A DNA stretch of 63,926 nt, filler included, from Nitrospirota bacterium (lineage in GTDB: Bacteria > UBA2233): NCBI GenBank assembly GCA_011620345.1. It is 8 parts of 8 records of this genome, joined end to end, with 100 filler letters (N's around TTAATTAATTAA, not from the genome) between each part and the next. Parts side by side here need not be neighbours in the genome. Positions count along the whole stretch, not along the records: positions 35,080 to 43,570 come from WOZJ01000039.1; positions 43,671 to 51,534 come from WOZJ01000021.1; 6 more parts are not named here. One strand, 5' to 3'. The notes under the pieces were generated by a model. It was not told the DNA's origin. It searched no databases and saw nothing but the letters and a program-made list of their open reading frames with translations. Shown piece by piece: positions 39,880 to 49,660 of the stretch. A program made the translations under genes and the position numbers. Within the stretch, counting starts at the first letter, position 1. Each line of letters starts with the position of its first letter.

Positions 39880-40648
39880 AGCTACGACGTAGCTGAATGA
39901 TTTCGGCAAGGATAGAAATGGCAATCTCTTGTGGCGTTACGGCACCGATGGGCAACCCGACGGGTGTTCGGATTCGCGCGATGTCTTCCTTGGAAAACCC
40001 CCTTTCTTGAAGAAGGTCGAACAATGCTGCACGCTTGCTCTTCGAGCCGACAAGCCCGATGTAACGGGCCGGGGTTTTGAGCGCGGCAAGAACCACGTTG
40101 AAATCGTGGGTATGACCAAACGTAGCCACGACAATGCAGCTGGATGGCCCTACATCGACCCCTTGGAATGGGTTGGCATAATCGATAAGAACGGCCTTGA
40201 TCCCCCCCTCTAGCTTTTCCTTGGCCCGTTCGAGGTATTCAACCCTGCTATCTAAAAGTACCATCCGAAAACCAAGGGGTTTCGCAAAAACGGCGAGCGC
40301 TTGCCCGATATGGCCTGCCCCCGCAACGATCAACTCGGGGTTGGGTAAAAGGGGCTCGATGTAGACCTTTGCCGTGCCCCCGCACATCGAATCGTTCTCT
40401 TTCGAGAGCTCGAGTGAAAGCAGAGTTGAGCGCTCATCTTCAAGCGCAAGAAGGGCCTGCTCGATCACGCCAAGCTCCATCTTGCCCCCGCCTACCGTTC
40501 CTAAGATCGTACCGTCCTCATAAACGAGCATCTTGGCCCCGGGCCTTTGCGGGACAGATCCGGCTACTTCGACGACGACCGCGAGCGCAACGCGCCTTCT
40601 TTCCCTAACGGCGGCAGCGAGCTCCTCGAAGAAGGCCCCCTCTTCCAT
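39800..40648 (-). CDS. xdhC: XdhC/CoxI family molybdoenzyme maturation factor
   Basis: GSVPQRPGAKM, GTVGGG, CGG, GAGHIG, YIGLVGS, PVGLPIGAVTPQEIAISI. Confidence 0.93.
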   Translation of the reverse strand: MEEGAFFEELAAAVRERRRVALAVVVEVAGSVPQRPGAKMLVYEDGTILGTVGGGKMELGVIEQALLALEDERSTLLSLELSKENDSMCGGTAKVYIEPLLPNPELIVAGAGHIGQALAVFAKPLGFRMVLLDSRVEYLERAKEKLEGGIKAVLIDYANPFQGVDVGPSSCIVVATFGHTHDFNVVLAALKTPARYIGLVGSKSKRAALFDLLQERGFSKEDIARIRTPVGLPIGAVTPQEIAISILAEIIQLRRSYDLSEHNGASSCSRAIQAHGKSQAPA

Positions 40649-40661
40649 CCTTTGTCCTCTT

Positions 40662-42845
40662 TTAAGCCTTTCCGAGCGCTTCCTTGACGCCTTTGGGTGT
40701 CATAGGCAGGGTTCGGACCCTCGCACCAGCCGCCCGAAATACACCGTTTGCTACGGCGGGGGCAATGGGCGGCACGCCAGGCTCTCCGATTCCCCCTTGG
40801 GGCTCGTTGGTGTTGAGGATCTGGACTTCGATCGAGGGCGCTTCGGGCATCCGAAGGAGTCGGTAGGTGTCAAAATTCTTCGATTCCACCCCTCCACCCC
40901 CAAACCTCACGCGCTCAAAAAGGGCCGCGCTAAGCCCCATCAGGATTCCTCCCTGAATCTGGGCTTCGATGATGTCGGGGTTCACGTAAGGCCCGCAGTC
41001 CACCACGGCCCATACGTCATGCACACGGACTATACCCGTTTCTTTATCCACGCTAACCTCGGCCACTTCCCCTACAAAGCTTCCGAACGAGAAGTGCAAC
41101 GCAAGCCCCTTGGTCCGGCCTTCCTTGGCAGGCTCATGCCATTTGGCTTTCTCGCCTAGCGCCTCCAGCACCCTCCTGGCCCTTGGGTTATCCTTAAGGA
41201 GTGCAAGCCGAAACTCGAGTGGGTCACGGCCCGCAAGATAGGCCATCTCGTCCATGAACGATTCCACGACAAAGGCGTTATGGCTGTGCCCTACGCTCCT
41301 CCAGTAGCCCACGGGAATCGGCATGTCTACGCGGACATACTCGACAAAGAGGTTGGGAATGCTATAAAACGTATTCTCCACGCCTTCGATCGCCGATGAG
41401 TCTATTCCGTCCTTTAGGTCGTTTGGGTTCCACCTGGACGAAATCGAGGGAACGGCCATCCTGTGCGACCAGGCGACGAGGTTGCCTTGAGTATCCAATC
41501 CACCAATAACCCGAGCGGCGTTTCCCGGCCGGAAGAAGTCATAAGCAATGTCCTCTTCGCGGGTCCATACCAGCTTGACGGGCTTCCCGGAGGCCTTGGA
41601 GAGGCCTACGGCCTCCTTGACAAAATCAACTTCTGCACGCCTGCCAAACCCTCCCCCCAAGAACGTCGTATGAATAAAGACGTTGTCAGGGCTCACACCA
41701 GCGACTTCGGCGGCGGCCGCTTGGCTCATCGTCTGGTTTTGTGTCGGCACCCAGACGTCTACTTTGTGTTTTTGGACGTACGCGACGCAGTTCATCGGCT
41801 CGAGCGTCGCATGGGCGAGGTACGGCAAGAAATAGCTCGCTTCGAGGCGTTTCGCGGCCCCATCAAGGGCCTTTGGCACGTTGCCCGCGTGCTTAACCTC
41901 GACGCCGTTCTTTTGCAAGTCCTCGCGAAATATCCTCTCGACAAGAGCATCGTCGAGGTCGGCCTGAACCCCCTTCCCCCACTGAACTCCAAGCACAGAC
42001 CTCCCTTTCCAAGCGGAATCGAGCGAGTCGGCCAGGATGCCCACACCCGACTCGAGGACATGAACTTGACGAACGCCCAGGATTGTTTTCGCCCTCGTCT
42101 CGTCAAGCTTTTCTAGCTTTGCTCCGAATGCTGGAGGCCTTGCGATGCTTGCATATAGAATGCCTGGCAAGAAGACATCCAGTCCGAACTGTGCCTTACC
42201 ATCGACCTTGCATGCCGTATCGAAGCGCTTGAGAGGCTTTCCAATGTAATGAAATTCTTGTGGATCTTTGATGCGCGGGTTCGAAGGTAATGGTCGCTTG
42301 GCGGCATCTTTCACGAGCTCCCCATAGCTCAGCCCATGGTCTTTGCCCTTGGCGAACACACGTCCATGTTTGGCGTAGCATACGCTCGGCTCGGCCCCTA
42401 ACTTCTTCGCTCCCACCTCGACGAGCATTTGCCTGGCCTGGGCGGCAGCAAACCTTAAGACGGGGTACATATGCCGGATGGACGTACTTCCTCCCGTCAT
42501 CTGCATACCAAACCCAGGGTCTTTAAAGGCCTCGTCGGCCGGTGCGGTCCTGACGGTGACCTGACCCAAATCGACCTCGAGCTCCTCGGCCACGATCGTG
42601 GGCAGGGCCGTATACACCCCTTGGCCCATTTCGGATTTGTTGACCAGGATGACGGCACGGCCATCTTCGCGGATGAAGAACCACGCAACAGGGCGAAACC
42701 CTTTACTTTCAACATCCTTCGCCAGCAAGACCTCCAAGCCCCAAGGAGTGGTTACAATCGCCAGCCCAAGCCCTGTTATCGAGATCGCGCCCCGAAGAAA
42801 GGCCCTTCTGTTCACGGGCCCCAGAATGGTAGGGTTCGTTTCCAT
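40662..42845 (-). CDS. iorB: Tat-exported isoquinoline-1-oxidoreductase beta-like molybdopterin subunit
   Basis: NRRAFLR Tat motif, SEMGQG, TGGSTS, GGGFGRR, WRSVGHS, GGIGEPG. Confidence 0.9.
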   Translation of the reverse strand: METNPTILGPVNRRAFLRGAISITGLGLAIVTTPWGLEVLLAKDVESKGFRPVAWFFIREDGRAVILVNKSEMGQGVYTALPTIVAEELEVDLGQVTVRTAPADEAFKDPGFGMQMTGGSTSIRHMYPVLRFAAAQARQMLVEVGAKKLGAEPSVCYAKHGRVFAKGKDHGLSYGELVKDAAKRPLPSNPRIKDPQEFHYIGKPLKRFDTACKVDGKAQFGLDVFLPGILYASIARPPAFGAKLEKLDETRAKTILGVRQVHVLESGVGILADSLDSAWKGRSVLGVQWGKGVQADLDDALVERIFREDLQKNGVEVKHAGNVPKALDGAAKRLEASYFLPYLAHATLEPMNCVAYVQKHKVDVWVPTQNQTMSQAAAAEVAGVSPDNVFIHTTFLGGGFGRRAEVDFVKEAVGLSKASGKPVKLVWTREEDIAYDFFRPGNAARVIGGLDTQGNLVAWSHRMAVPSISSRWNPNDLKDGIDSSAIEGVENTFYSIPNLFVEYVRVDMPIPVGYWRSVGHSHNAFVVESFMDEMAYLAGRDPLEFRLALLKDNPRARRVLEALGEKAKWHEPAKEGRTKGLALHFSFGSFVGEVAEVSVDKETGIVRVHDVWAVVDCGPYVNPDIIEAQIQGGILMGLSAALFERVRFGGGGVESKNFDTYRLLRMPEAPSIEVQILNTNEPQGGIGEPGVPPIAPAVANGVFRAAGARVRTLPMTPKGVKEALGKA

Positions 42846-42862
42846 ACTCTGCCCCTTTTCTT

Positions 42863-43330
42863 TTACTCCTGGACCGAGGTAGCCAATGCGACATCAATGG
42901 CCTCTAGGATCCTCGGGTAGGTGCCACACCTGCACAGGTTTCCTGCCATCGCTTGGACAACTTTCTCACGGGTTATCTTAGGGTTTTCATTCAGCACGGC
43001 AATGGCCTGCATGATTTGGCCTGGCTGACAGTAACCGCATTGGGGAACTTGCCTTTGAACCCACGCCCGTTTGACGGGGTGGTCGGATGGAATGCCTTCG
43101 ATCGTCGTCACACGCTTTCCGAAGGCATCGCCCACCGGGACCGAGCAAGAACGAACCGCCTTGCCTTCGAGATGAACCGTACAGGCGCCACACTGGGCAA
43201 TGCCGCAGCCAAATTTCGTCCCAGTTAATTTCAAATGCTCTCGAATGACCCAAAGCAACGGAACATCCGGGCTAACGCCCACCTCGTAGGTTTTCCCGTT
43301 CACAATGAGGGTTGATTTTGCCTTGGGCAT
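42863..43330 (-). CDS. iorA: (2Fe-2S)-binding small subunit
   Basis: [32 protein letters not shown]; start MPKAKS after GGAGG. Confidence 0.93.
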   Translation of the reverse strand: MPKAKSTLIVNGKTYEVGVSPDVPLLWVIREHLKLTGTKFGCGIAQCGACTVHLEGKAVRSCSVPVGDAFGKRVTTIEGIPSDHPVKRAWVQRQVPQCGYCQPGQIMQAIAVLNENPKITREKVVQAMAGNLCRCGTYPRILEAIDVALATSVQE

Positions 43331-43456
43331 TTTTTCCCTCCTCCCGATCGCTTCAAGTTTAACAACGGGCTTTATTTTAACATGCTCCATCTTTTCAAAA
43401 GAACAAGGTTGTCGAGTAACCGTGTAAGATTCGTGCCTTGAGTCAAGTCGATTAAG

Positions 43457-43570
43457 GTCGAAGGGGGACGGCACATCTCTGTGCCATACTCTCCTAAGAA
43501 CCCGGAGTGCGAGTTTTCTCGCACCGGGCTCAAGCCTCTGCAAAGCCCCCTACGACAGGAGCCGGCATTT
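43457..43570 (-). mobile_element. Group II intron 3' end (domains V and VI), cut by contig edge, possibly degenerate
   Basis: Minus strand GAGCCCGGTGCGAGAAAACTCGCACTCCGGGTTC (43531-43498) is a 34-nt domain V with AGC triad and AC bulge, followed by TTAGGAGAG, a GAGA-loop hairpin and a terminal GAC. Confidence 0.8.
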
Positions 43571-43670
43571 NNNNNNNNNNNNNNNNNNNNNNNNNNNNNN
43601 NNNNNNNNNNNNNNTTAATTAATTAANNNNNNNNNNNNNNNNNNNNNNNNNNNNNNNNNNNNNNNNNNNN

Positions 43671-43721
43671 CCCCTAAATGCATGGCCGTACCCGCCGGGG
43701 CTGGAAAGTCTTGGGCTATCG
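43671..43721. repeat. Degenerate REP-like copy at contig start
   Basis: ATGGCCGTACCCGCCGGGGCTGGAAAGTCTTGGGCTATCG aligns with ATGGCCACGCCCGCCGGGCCTGGAAAGGCCCGGCTATCG at 51490-51528. Confidence 0.65.
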
Positions 43722-43773
43722 GAGGGCGGCTGCCCGCTTTTGCCGGTTGCATGCCTATGCTAAAATATACGTG

Positions 43774-44154
43774 ATGAAGTGGAGCATAGGGGTTGATGTC
43801 GTCAGCATAGGGCGCATTGAACAGCTGGCATCCCGCCATGCGGAGAGGTTCTTCAAGCACGTATACACGCCCGCAGAAGTCGAGTATTGCCTTAAAAAAA
43901 AGAAAACCAGCTCGCTACACTTTGCGGCCAGGTTCGCGGCCAAAGAGGCGCTCGTCAAGGCGATTGGTACAGGGTTTCGTGATGGAATTGGGTTTCGGGA
44001 AATCGAAACCATCCATGACCCCCTAGGGAAACCCATGCTCGTGCTCTACGGGAAAGCGCTCGAGCATGCGCGTCTTCAAGGTTTTTCTTGTTTCGAGCTA
44101 TCCATCACGCACGACCCTCTGGTGGCTATCGCGGTCGTCCTCGCCTGTTCTTGA
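43774..44154 (+). CDS. acpS: Holo-[acyl-carrier-protein] synthase
   Basis: IGVDVV, FAARFAAKEALVKAIGTG, GKP, LSITHD. Confidence 0.95.
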   Translation: MKWSIGVDVVSIGRIEQLASRHAERFFKHVYTPAEVEYCLKKKKTSSLHFAARFAAKEALVKAIGTGFRDGIGFREIETIHDPLGKPMLVLYGKALEHARLQGFSCFELSITHDPLVAIAVVLACS

Positions 44155-44157
44155 CTA

Positions 44158-44234
44158 TGGCGCGCCCGGCAGGGCTCGAACCTGCGGCCTAAGGATTCGA
44201 AGTCCTTCGCTCTGTCCATCTGAGCTACGGGCGC
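44158..44234 (-). tRNA. tRNA-Arg (anticodon TCG)
   Basis: 77-nt cloverleaf GCGCCCG...AAGGA-CTTCGAA-TCCTT...GCAGG-TTCGAGC-CCTGC-CGGGCGC-G-CCA with encoded CCA. Confidence 0.96.
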
Positions 44235-44381
44235 ACATGAAGGGAGGTTATAGTATAATGAGAAAAGAAGATAGATTCTAGCCTTGAGCCTATGATGTCC
44301 TTGTTGCATGGGTCTTAGGTGCAGGGCCAGGGCGGGATCCGCCCGAGGGTAACGGACAACCAAGACGTAGGGGGAATAGGC

Positions 44382-46301
44382 ATGGACCTTAAGGATCTCA
44401 TCCAAAAAGATAGGGAGCGCAAAAGAAAAGAAAAGTTCGAGGGTACGTTTTTGGATTATCTCGAGCTTGTCAAAGAAGACCCCACCACTCCAAAGCTCTC
44501 CCACAAGAGAATCTACGAAATGATCAGCCGGGATGGCTACGAGACCTTGGACCCAGAAAAAGAGGTTCGCGTCCGAAACATTTACGGCGAGAAAGTTCGT
44601 GTTTACAACTTCTTCAAGGACGAGTTTTTCGGAATAGAAAAGGCAATCGAAGAGATCGTCAAGTACTTCCACGCGGCAAGTCTTGGCGGTGAGGAAGCCC
44701 GCCAGATGCTCTACCTGGTGGGCGCGGTGGGCTCTGGCAAAAGCTCTCTTGTCGAAAAGCTCAAATCCGCGCTCGAGGAGCGGGAGCAAATCTACGCCCT
44801 AAGCGGCTGCCCAATGCATGAAGAGCCGTTGCATCTCGTGCCCCGCCACCTGCGCGGGCAGTTCGAAGAAGAGCTCGGCGTCAAGATCGATGGCGACCTT
44901 TGCCCCGTGTGCCGTTGGCGGCTAGTGAACGAGTACGATTCGCAGTACGAGCGTTTTCCCGTCAGGCTTGTCTCGTTCTCCAAGCGCAACCGTATCGGGA
45001 TCGCGGCCGTCCCGCCCGTCGACCCGAACAACCAGGACACCTCTGTTTTGATCGGAAGCGTGGACATCTCCAAGATCGACAAGTACCCAGAAGATGACCC
45101 AAGGGTTCTTCGCCTCAACGGCGCGTTCAACGTAGGCAATCGTGGCTTGATCGAGTTCATCGAGATTTTTAAGAATGAGATCGAGTATTTGCACACGATC
45201 ATCACGGCCACGCAAGAAAAAGTCATCCCCGCACCCGGAAAGCAGAACCTGATCTACTTTGACGGCGTGATCGTGGCGCACTCGAACTTTGCCGAGTGGA
45301 ACAAGTTTAAGTCCGAGCTCACGAACGAGGCGCTTCTCGATAGAATCGTCAAGATTGAGATTCCCTACTGCATGGAGCTCGACCAGGAGGTACGGATTTA
45401 TCAGAAATATATCAAAAAAAGCCACTTTGAGGCGCACATTGCCCCCGGGACGATCCGTTTCGTCTCTATGTTTGCCGTGTGCTCCCGCCTCAAGGAGACC
45501 AACAAGGTGGACATCCTGACCAAGATGAAGCTTTACAACGGAGAGGACGTGATTGACAAGGGCAAGGTCAAGAAGGTCTCCGTCCAGGAGCTCAAGCGCG
45601 ATGTCGAAGGGGAAGGTTTCTCTGGGATCTCGACGCGCTTCGTCATGAAGGCGATCTCGGATGCGATCGTTGAAAGCGAGCACGAATGTATCAACCCCTT
45701 GCAGCTTCGGGACGTCCTGATCCGGAAGGTTCGTCAGCTTACTATTGCGGATGAGGAGAAGAAGCGCTACTTGACGCTTCTTACCGATACGCTCCACAAA
45801 GAGTACCTAAAGGAGCTCGAGCGGGAGATCATGAGGGCATTCGTCCACGCCTACGAGGAGCAGGCCGAGGGGCTGTTCAACAACTACGTGGACCATATCG
45901 AGGCGTTCTGCAACAAGACCAAGCTCAAAGACCCGGTTACGAAAGAAGAGGTCAACCCGGACGAGCATTTTATGCGCTCGATCGAGGAGCAGATCGGAAT
46001 TGTGGGCGAGGCGGCCAAGGGGTTCCGTCAGGACGTCATGGCCTACTTGATGAGCATGTTCCGGAAGAACGAGAAGGTAGCCTGGAGAAGCTACGAACCC
46101 TTGAAGGAGGCCGTCGAGAACAAGCTTATGGCGAGCGTCAAGGACCTTTCCAGGATCGTGACGAAGGCGAAGATCCGCGACAAGGAGCAGCAGCAGAAGT
46201 ACAACGTCATGGTTGCCAAAATGATCGAGAGCGGCTACTGCGAACACTGCGCCGAATCGCTTTTGAAATACGCGGCCAACAACCTCTGGACGACGGAATG
46301 A
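44382..46301 (+). CDS. prkA: PrkA/YeaG family AAA+ protein
   Basis: FFGIE, GAVGSGKSSL, CPMHEEPLHL, GNRGLIEFIE, EGFSGISTRF. Confidence 0.94.
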   Translation: MDLKDLIQKDRERKRKEKFEGTFLDYLELVKEDPTTPKLSHKRIYEMISRDGYETLDPEKEVRVRNIYGEKVRVYNFFKDEFFGIEKAIEEIVKYFHAASLGGEEARQMLYLVGAVGSGKSSLVEKLKSALEEREQIYALSGCPMHEEPLHLVPRHLRGQFEEELGVKIDGDLCPVCRWRLVNEYDSQYERFPVRLVSFSKRNRIGIAAVPPVDPNNQDTSVLIGSVDISKIDKYPEDDPRVLRLNGAFNVGNRGLIEFIEIFKNEIEYLHTIITATQEKVIPAPGKQNLIYFDGVIVAHSNFAEWNKFKSELTNEALLDRIVKIEIPYCMELDQEVRIYQKYIKKSHFEAHIAPGTIRFVSMFAVCSRLKETNKVDILTKMKLYNGEDVIDKGKVKKVSVQELKRDVEGEGFSGISTRFVMKAISDAIVESEHECINPLQLRDVLIRKVRQLTIADEEKKRYLTLLTDTLHKEYLKELEREIMRAFVHAYEEQAEGLFNNYVDHIEAFCNKTKLKDPVTKEEVNPDEHFMRSIEEQIGIVGEAAKGFRQDVMAYLMSMFRKNEKVAWRSYEPLKEAVENKLMASVKDLSRIVTKAKIRDKEQQQKYNVMVAKMIESGYCEHCAESLLKYAANNLWTTE

Positions 46302-46322
46302 CGGAATAGGAGGAGGCTGCCA

Positions 46323-47504
46323 ATGGCCATTTTTCAAGACCCCATAACCGACGAGCGGCCAGACCCGACCGCGGCCGACAGGGCCAGGCACAAAGAAAAG
46401 GTCAAAGAGGCGATCAAGGAAAACATCGCGGACATCGTGGCAGAGGAGTCCATCATCGGCCAAAGCGGCGACAAGGTCTTCAAGGTTCCCATCCGCGGCA
46501 TGAAGGAGTATCGGTTTGTCTACGGGGACGATGCAGGCGTAGGGCAGGGGTCCGGCAATGAGAAGCGGGGAGATGTTGTCGAGAAGGGCGGAGTTCAAGA
46601 TGAGCTCGGCAGGCAGGGTGCTGGCAATCAGAAGGGCGCCGAGTACTACGAGACGGAGATTACCTTAGAGGAGCTTACGGACATCCTGTTTGACGACCTC
46701 ATGCTGCCTAACATGGTCAAACAAAGGCTCAAAGAGGTCGAATCCAAACGCGACGTCGTCTTCAAGGGGGTCCGAAAGAAAGGCATCATGGTCCGTCTGG
46801 ACAAGAAGCGGACGGTCGTCGAGAAGCTCAAGCGAAAAGCGGCGCAAGGGCGGATGGAAGATGAAGAGTTCTCCTTCACTGAAGATGACCTTCGCTTCAG
46901 GAAGCGCACGGAGAGGATGCGAAAGCACTCGAACGCCGTCGTGTTTTGCGTGATGGACACCTCGGGCTCGATGAACAACACCAAGAAATTCCTGGCCAGG
47001 AGCTTTTTCTTCCTGCTCTACAAATTCTTGGAGCTCAAATACCAAAACATCCAGGTTGTGTTCATCGCGCACACGACCGAAGCCAAGGAGCTCTCAGAGG
47101 TCGAGTTCTTCACCAAGGGTGAAGACGGGGGGACGTACCTTTCCTCGGGCCAGAATAAAGTCCTCGAGGTTGTGCATGAAAGGTACGACCCGAGCGCATG
47201 GAACATCTACGTGTTCCATGCCTCGGATGGCGACAATTTCGTCAACGACAACGAGCGCAGCATTCGGTCGATGAAAGAGCTGTGTCAAATTGCCAACCTA
47301 GTCGGCTTCTGCGAGATCGACTTGGCCGAGGATGCATTTTACTACTCCGGCTCGTCCAAGATCCTCCACCTGTACCATAACGCGCTTGCTTCCTGCCCCA
47401 ACTTCTCTACGGCCGTAATCAAGAACAAGTTCGACATCTACAACGCGTTTCGGAAGGTCATCAAAAACGACAAGACGAAGGGCGCCGAGGAGGTCTATGC
47501 CTAG
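46323..47504 (+). CDS. yeaH: YeaH/YhbH (DUF444) vWA-like protein
   Basis: DRARHKEKVKEAIK, MDTSGSM, FIAHTTEA, GGT, HASDGDN. Confidence 0.92.
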   Translation: MAIFQDPITDERPDPTAADRARHKEKVKEAIKENIADIVAEESIIGQSGDKVFKVPIRGMKEYRFVYGDDAGVGQGSGNEKRGDVVEKGGVQDELGRQGAGNQKGAEYYETEITLEELTDILFDDLMLPNMVKQRLKEVESKRDVVFKGVRKKGIMVRLDKKRTVVEKLKRKAAQGRMEDEEFSFTEDDLRFRKRTERMRKHSNAVVFCVMDTSGSMNNTKKFLARSFFFLLYKFLELKYQNIQVVFIAHTTEAKELSEVEFFTKGEDGGTYLSSGQNKVLEVVHERYDPSAWNIYVFHASDGDNFVNDNERSIRSMKELCQIANLVGFCEIDLAEDAFYYSGSSKILHLYHNALASCPNFSTAVIKNKFDIYNAFRKVIKNDKTKGAEEVYA

Positions 47505-48750
47505 CTATACCAAGCAAGACCTCGAAGACTACGCCAGGAAGGTCGAGCAAAAGGCGGCGGAATTCGGCCTCGATCACTACGAGGTGGTCTACGAAGTGTG
47601 CGGCCATGCGACGATGATCAACCGAATGGCCTACTCGGGGGTTCCGTTTCGCTACCACCACTGGTCGTTCGGTAAGGCCTACGACGTGATCAACACGAGC
47701 TACACCTACGGCGTGGGGGGCTTGCCCTACGAGATGGTCATCAACGCAAACCCTGCGATCGCCTACTTAATGGCGGATAACCCCTTGGCTGTCCAGGTCT
47801 TGGTGATGGCGCACGTCTTGGGGCATGTAAATTTCTTCAAGCATAACTACGTGTTCAAGAAGACATACCCGCAGGATGCGCTCGCAAGCTTCAAGGTGCA
47901 TGCAAGACGGATCAATGGCTTTATTGATACATACGGAATTTCGAAGGTCGAGAAATTTCTGGACGCGGCCAAGGCCTTAGAATTCAATACCATGCGCATG
48001 ATCTTGCTCCTCGAAGAAGGCCCCTCCGAGCCTGAGGAGTGGAAGCCCAGGAAAAAAGTGGAAGAACCGGCGGAAGATATCTTGCTGTTTATCAGGGACC
48101 ACAACCCCATGCTCGAGCCCTGGCAGAAGGATATCCTTACGATCGTCCGCGACGAGGCCCTGTATTTTCTTCCGCAGATCGAAACGAAGATCATGAACGA
48201 GGGCTGGGCAACGTTTTGGCATTATCGTATAATGAACGCTTTGGAGTTGCCGTTCGATATGCAGATGGAGTTCTTGAAGCTTCACAACCGGATCGTGCAG
48301 CCCTCTCTCGGAACTGTCAACCCTTACGCGCTTGGCTTTTCCATCTGGCAGGATTTGGAAGGCCGGATGGGTTTGGAGGGGCTCTTTTCGGTCATGGAGG
48401 CCAATCGGGACGTTTCCTTCGTTCGTCAGTTCTTGACCCGTGACATTATGGAGCGACTCCATATGTTCGCCTACAAGAAGAAAGGGGCGAGCGAGGTGGT
48501 TATCAAGGAGGTTGCAGACGATAAGGGCTGGAAGGACGTACGCGAAGAGTTGATCCGCTGGATCGGCGTAAACAGCCTGCCGGTCATCAAGATTGTAGAC
48601 GTCGAACCCGACGGCACGCTTGTGTTGAAATACTTTGGAGACGGAAGGAAGCTGGATCCCGAATACAAGGAGCACACGCTTCGATACGTCGAGCTACTGT
48701 GGGGCAATCGGGTCAAGATGCTCGAAGCACCCATGACCAATGTTTCATAA
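47497..48750 (+). CDS. SpoVR/YcgB family protein
   Basis: RYHHWSFGK, LPYEMVIN, AHVLGHVNFFK, ETKIMNEGWATFWH, NPYALG. Confidence 0.94.
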   Translation: MPSYTKQDLEDYARKVEQKAAEFGLDHYEVVYEVCGHATMINRMAYSGVPFRYHHWSFGKAYDVINTSYTYGVGGLPYEMVINANPAIAYLMADNPLAVQVLVMAHVLGHVNFFKHNYVFKKTYPQDALASFKVHARRINGFIDTYGISKVEKFLDAAKALEFNTMRMILLLEEGPSEPEEWKPRKKVEEPAEDILLFIRDHNPMLEPWQKDILTIVRDEALYFLPQIETKIMNEGWATFWHYRIMNALELPFDMQMEFLKLHNRIVQPSLGTVNPYALGFSIWQDLEGRMGLEGLFSVMEANRDVSFVRQFLTRDIMERLHMFAYKKKGASEVVIKEVADDKGWKDVREELIRWIGVNSLPVIKIVDVEPDGTLVLKYFGDGRKLDPEYKEHTLRYVELLWGNRVKMLEAPMTNVS

Positions 48751-48783
48751 GTAGGTTAACCTAAACGCTTTAGGAGTTTGTTC

Positions 48784-49230
48784 ATGGAAACGGTAAGGAC
48801 AGAGTTTGCGACGCCGAAAACAAAGAAGCAGGGCTGGTATCTTGTGGACGCAAAAGGGGTGAACCTAGGAAGGCTCTCGGCTAGGCTTGCCCGTATTCTC
48901 ATGGGGAAGCATAAGGCTTGCTACACCCCCCACGAGGATACTGGGGATTTCGTTGTCGTAATCAACGCCTCGAGCGTGAGCGTAACCGGAAAAAAGATGA
49001 CAGACAAGGTATACTACAGCCATTCCGGCTATCCCGGGGGCATCAAAGAAAGGGTGCTCCAGGATGTGTTGGCGGTTCATCCGGAGAGGGTGCTCGAACA
49101 TGCCATTCGCGGGATGCTTCCCAAGAATCGGCTCGGGCGGGCCATGTTCAAGAAGCTCAAGGTGTACGCGGGGGAAACGCATCCCCACGAGGCGCAAGGG
49201 CCTGTCAAGATCGATCCGCTGAAATTTTAA
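48784..49230 (+). CDS. rplM: 50S ribosomal protein L13
   Basis: WYLVDA, LGRL, YTPHEDTGD, HSGYPGG, GMLPKNRLGR, HPHEAQ. Confidence 0.98.
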   Translation: METVRTEFATPKTKKQGWYLVDAKGVNLGRLSARLARILMGKHKACYTPHEDTGDFVVVINASSVSVTGKKMTDKVYYSHSGYPGGIKERVLQDVLAVHPERVLEHAIRGMLPKNRLGRAMFKKLKVYAGETHPHEAQGPVKIDPLKF

Positions 49231-49251
49231 CGAAGAGAGGAAAAAGAAAGA

Positions 49252-49641
49252 ATGGCCATGCTCTCACATGCGGTTGGAAAGCGAAAGACGGCGAGCGCGC
49301 GGGTGTTCCTAAAAGAAGGCGCGGGAAAAATCATGGTGAACGGTAGGTCGATCGAGAATTATTTCCCGACGGCGATGCTCCAGAATACAATCAAAACTCC
49401 GCTACGGATCGTTCAGCGTGAGGAAATTTACGACGTCGCCGTGAACGTCGGGGGGGGCGGCGTTTCCGCCCAGGCGCAGGCGGTTCGGCACGGCATTGCC
49501 AGGGCGCTCGTGCTCATGAACCCAGAGCTTCGGCCGGTCTTTAAAAGGGAAGGGCTGTTGACCCGCGACCCAAGAGAAAAAGAGCGCAAGAAATACGGCC
49601 AGCCCGGCGCAAGGAAGCGCTTCCAGTATTCCAAGCGTTAG
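49252..49641 (+). CDS. rpsI: 30S ribosomal protein S9
   Basis: GKRKTASARV, GGGVSAQA, LTRDPREKERKKYG, RFQYSKR. Confidence 0.98.
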   Translation: MAMLSHAVGKRKTASARVFLKEGAGKIMVNGRSIENYFPTAMLQNTIKTPLRIVQREEIYDVAVNVGGGGVSAQAQAVRHGIARALVLMNPELRPVFKREGLLTRDPREKERKKYGQPGARKRFQYSKR

Positions 49642-49660
49642 AACCCTTGGAGGGCTTGGC

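Noticed and set aside
42863-43543. N-terminally extended 226-aa IorA
   Set aside because: The extension runs through the intron remnant; a good RBS supports the start at 43330
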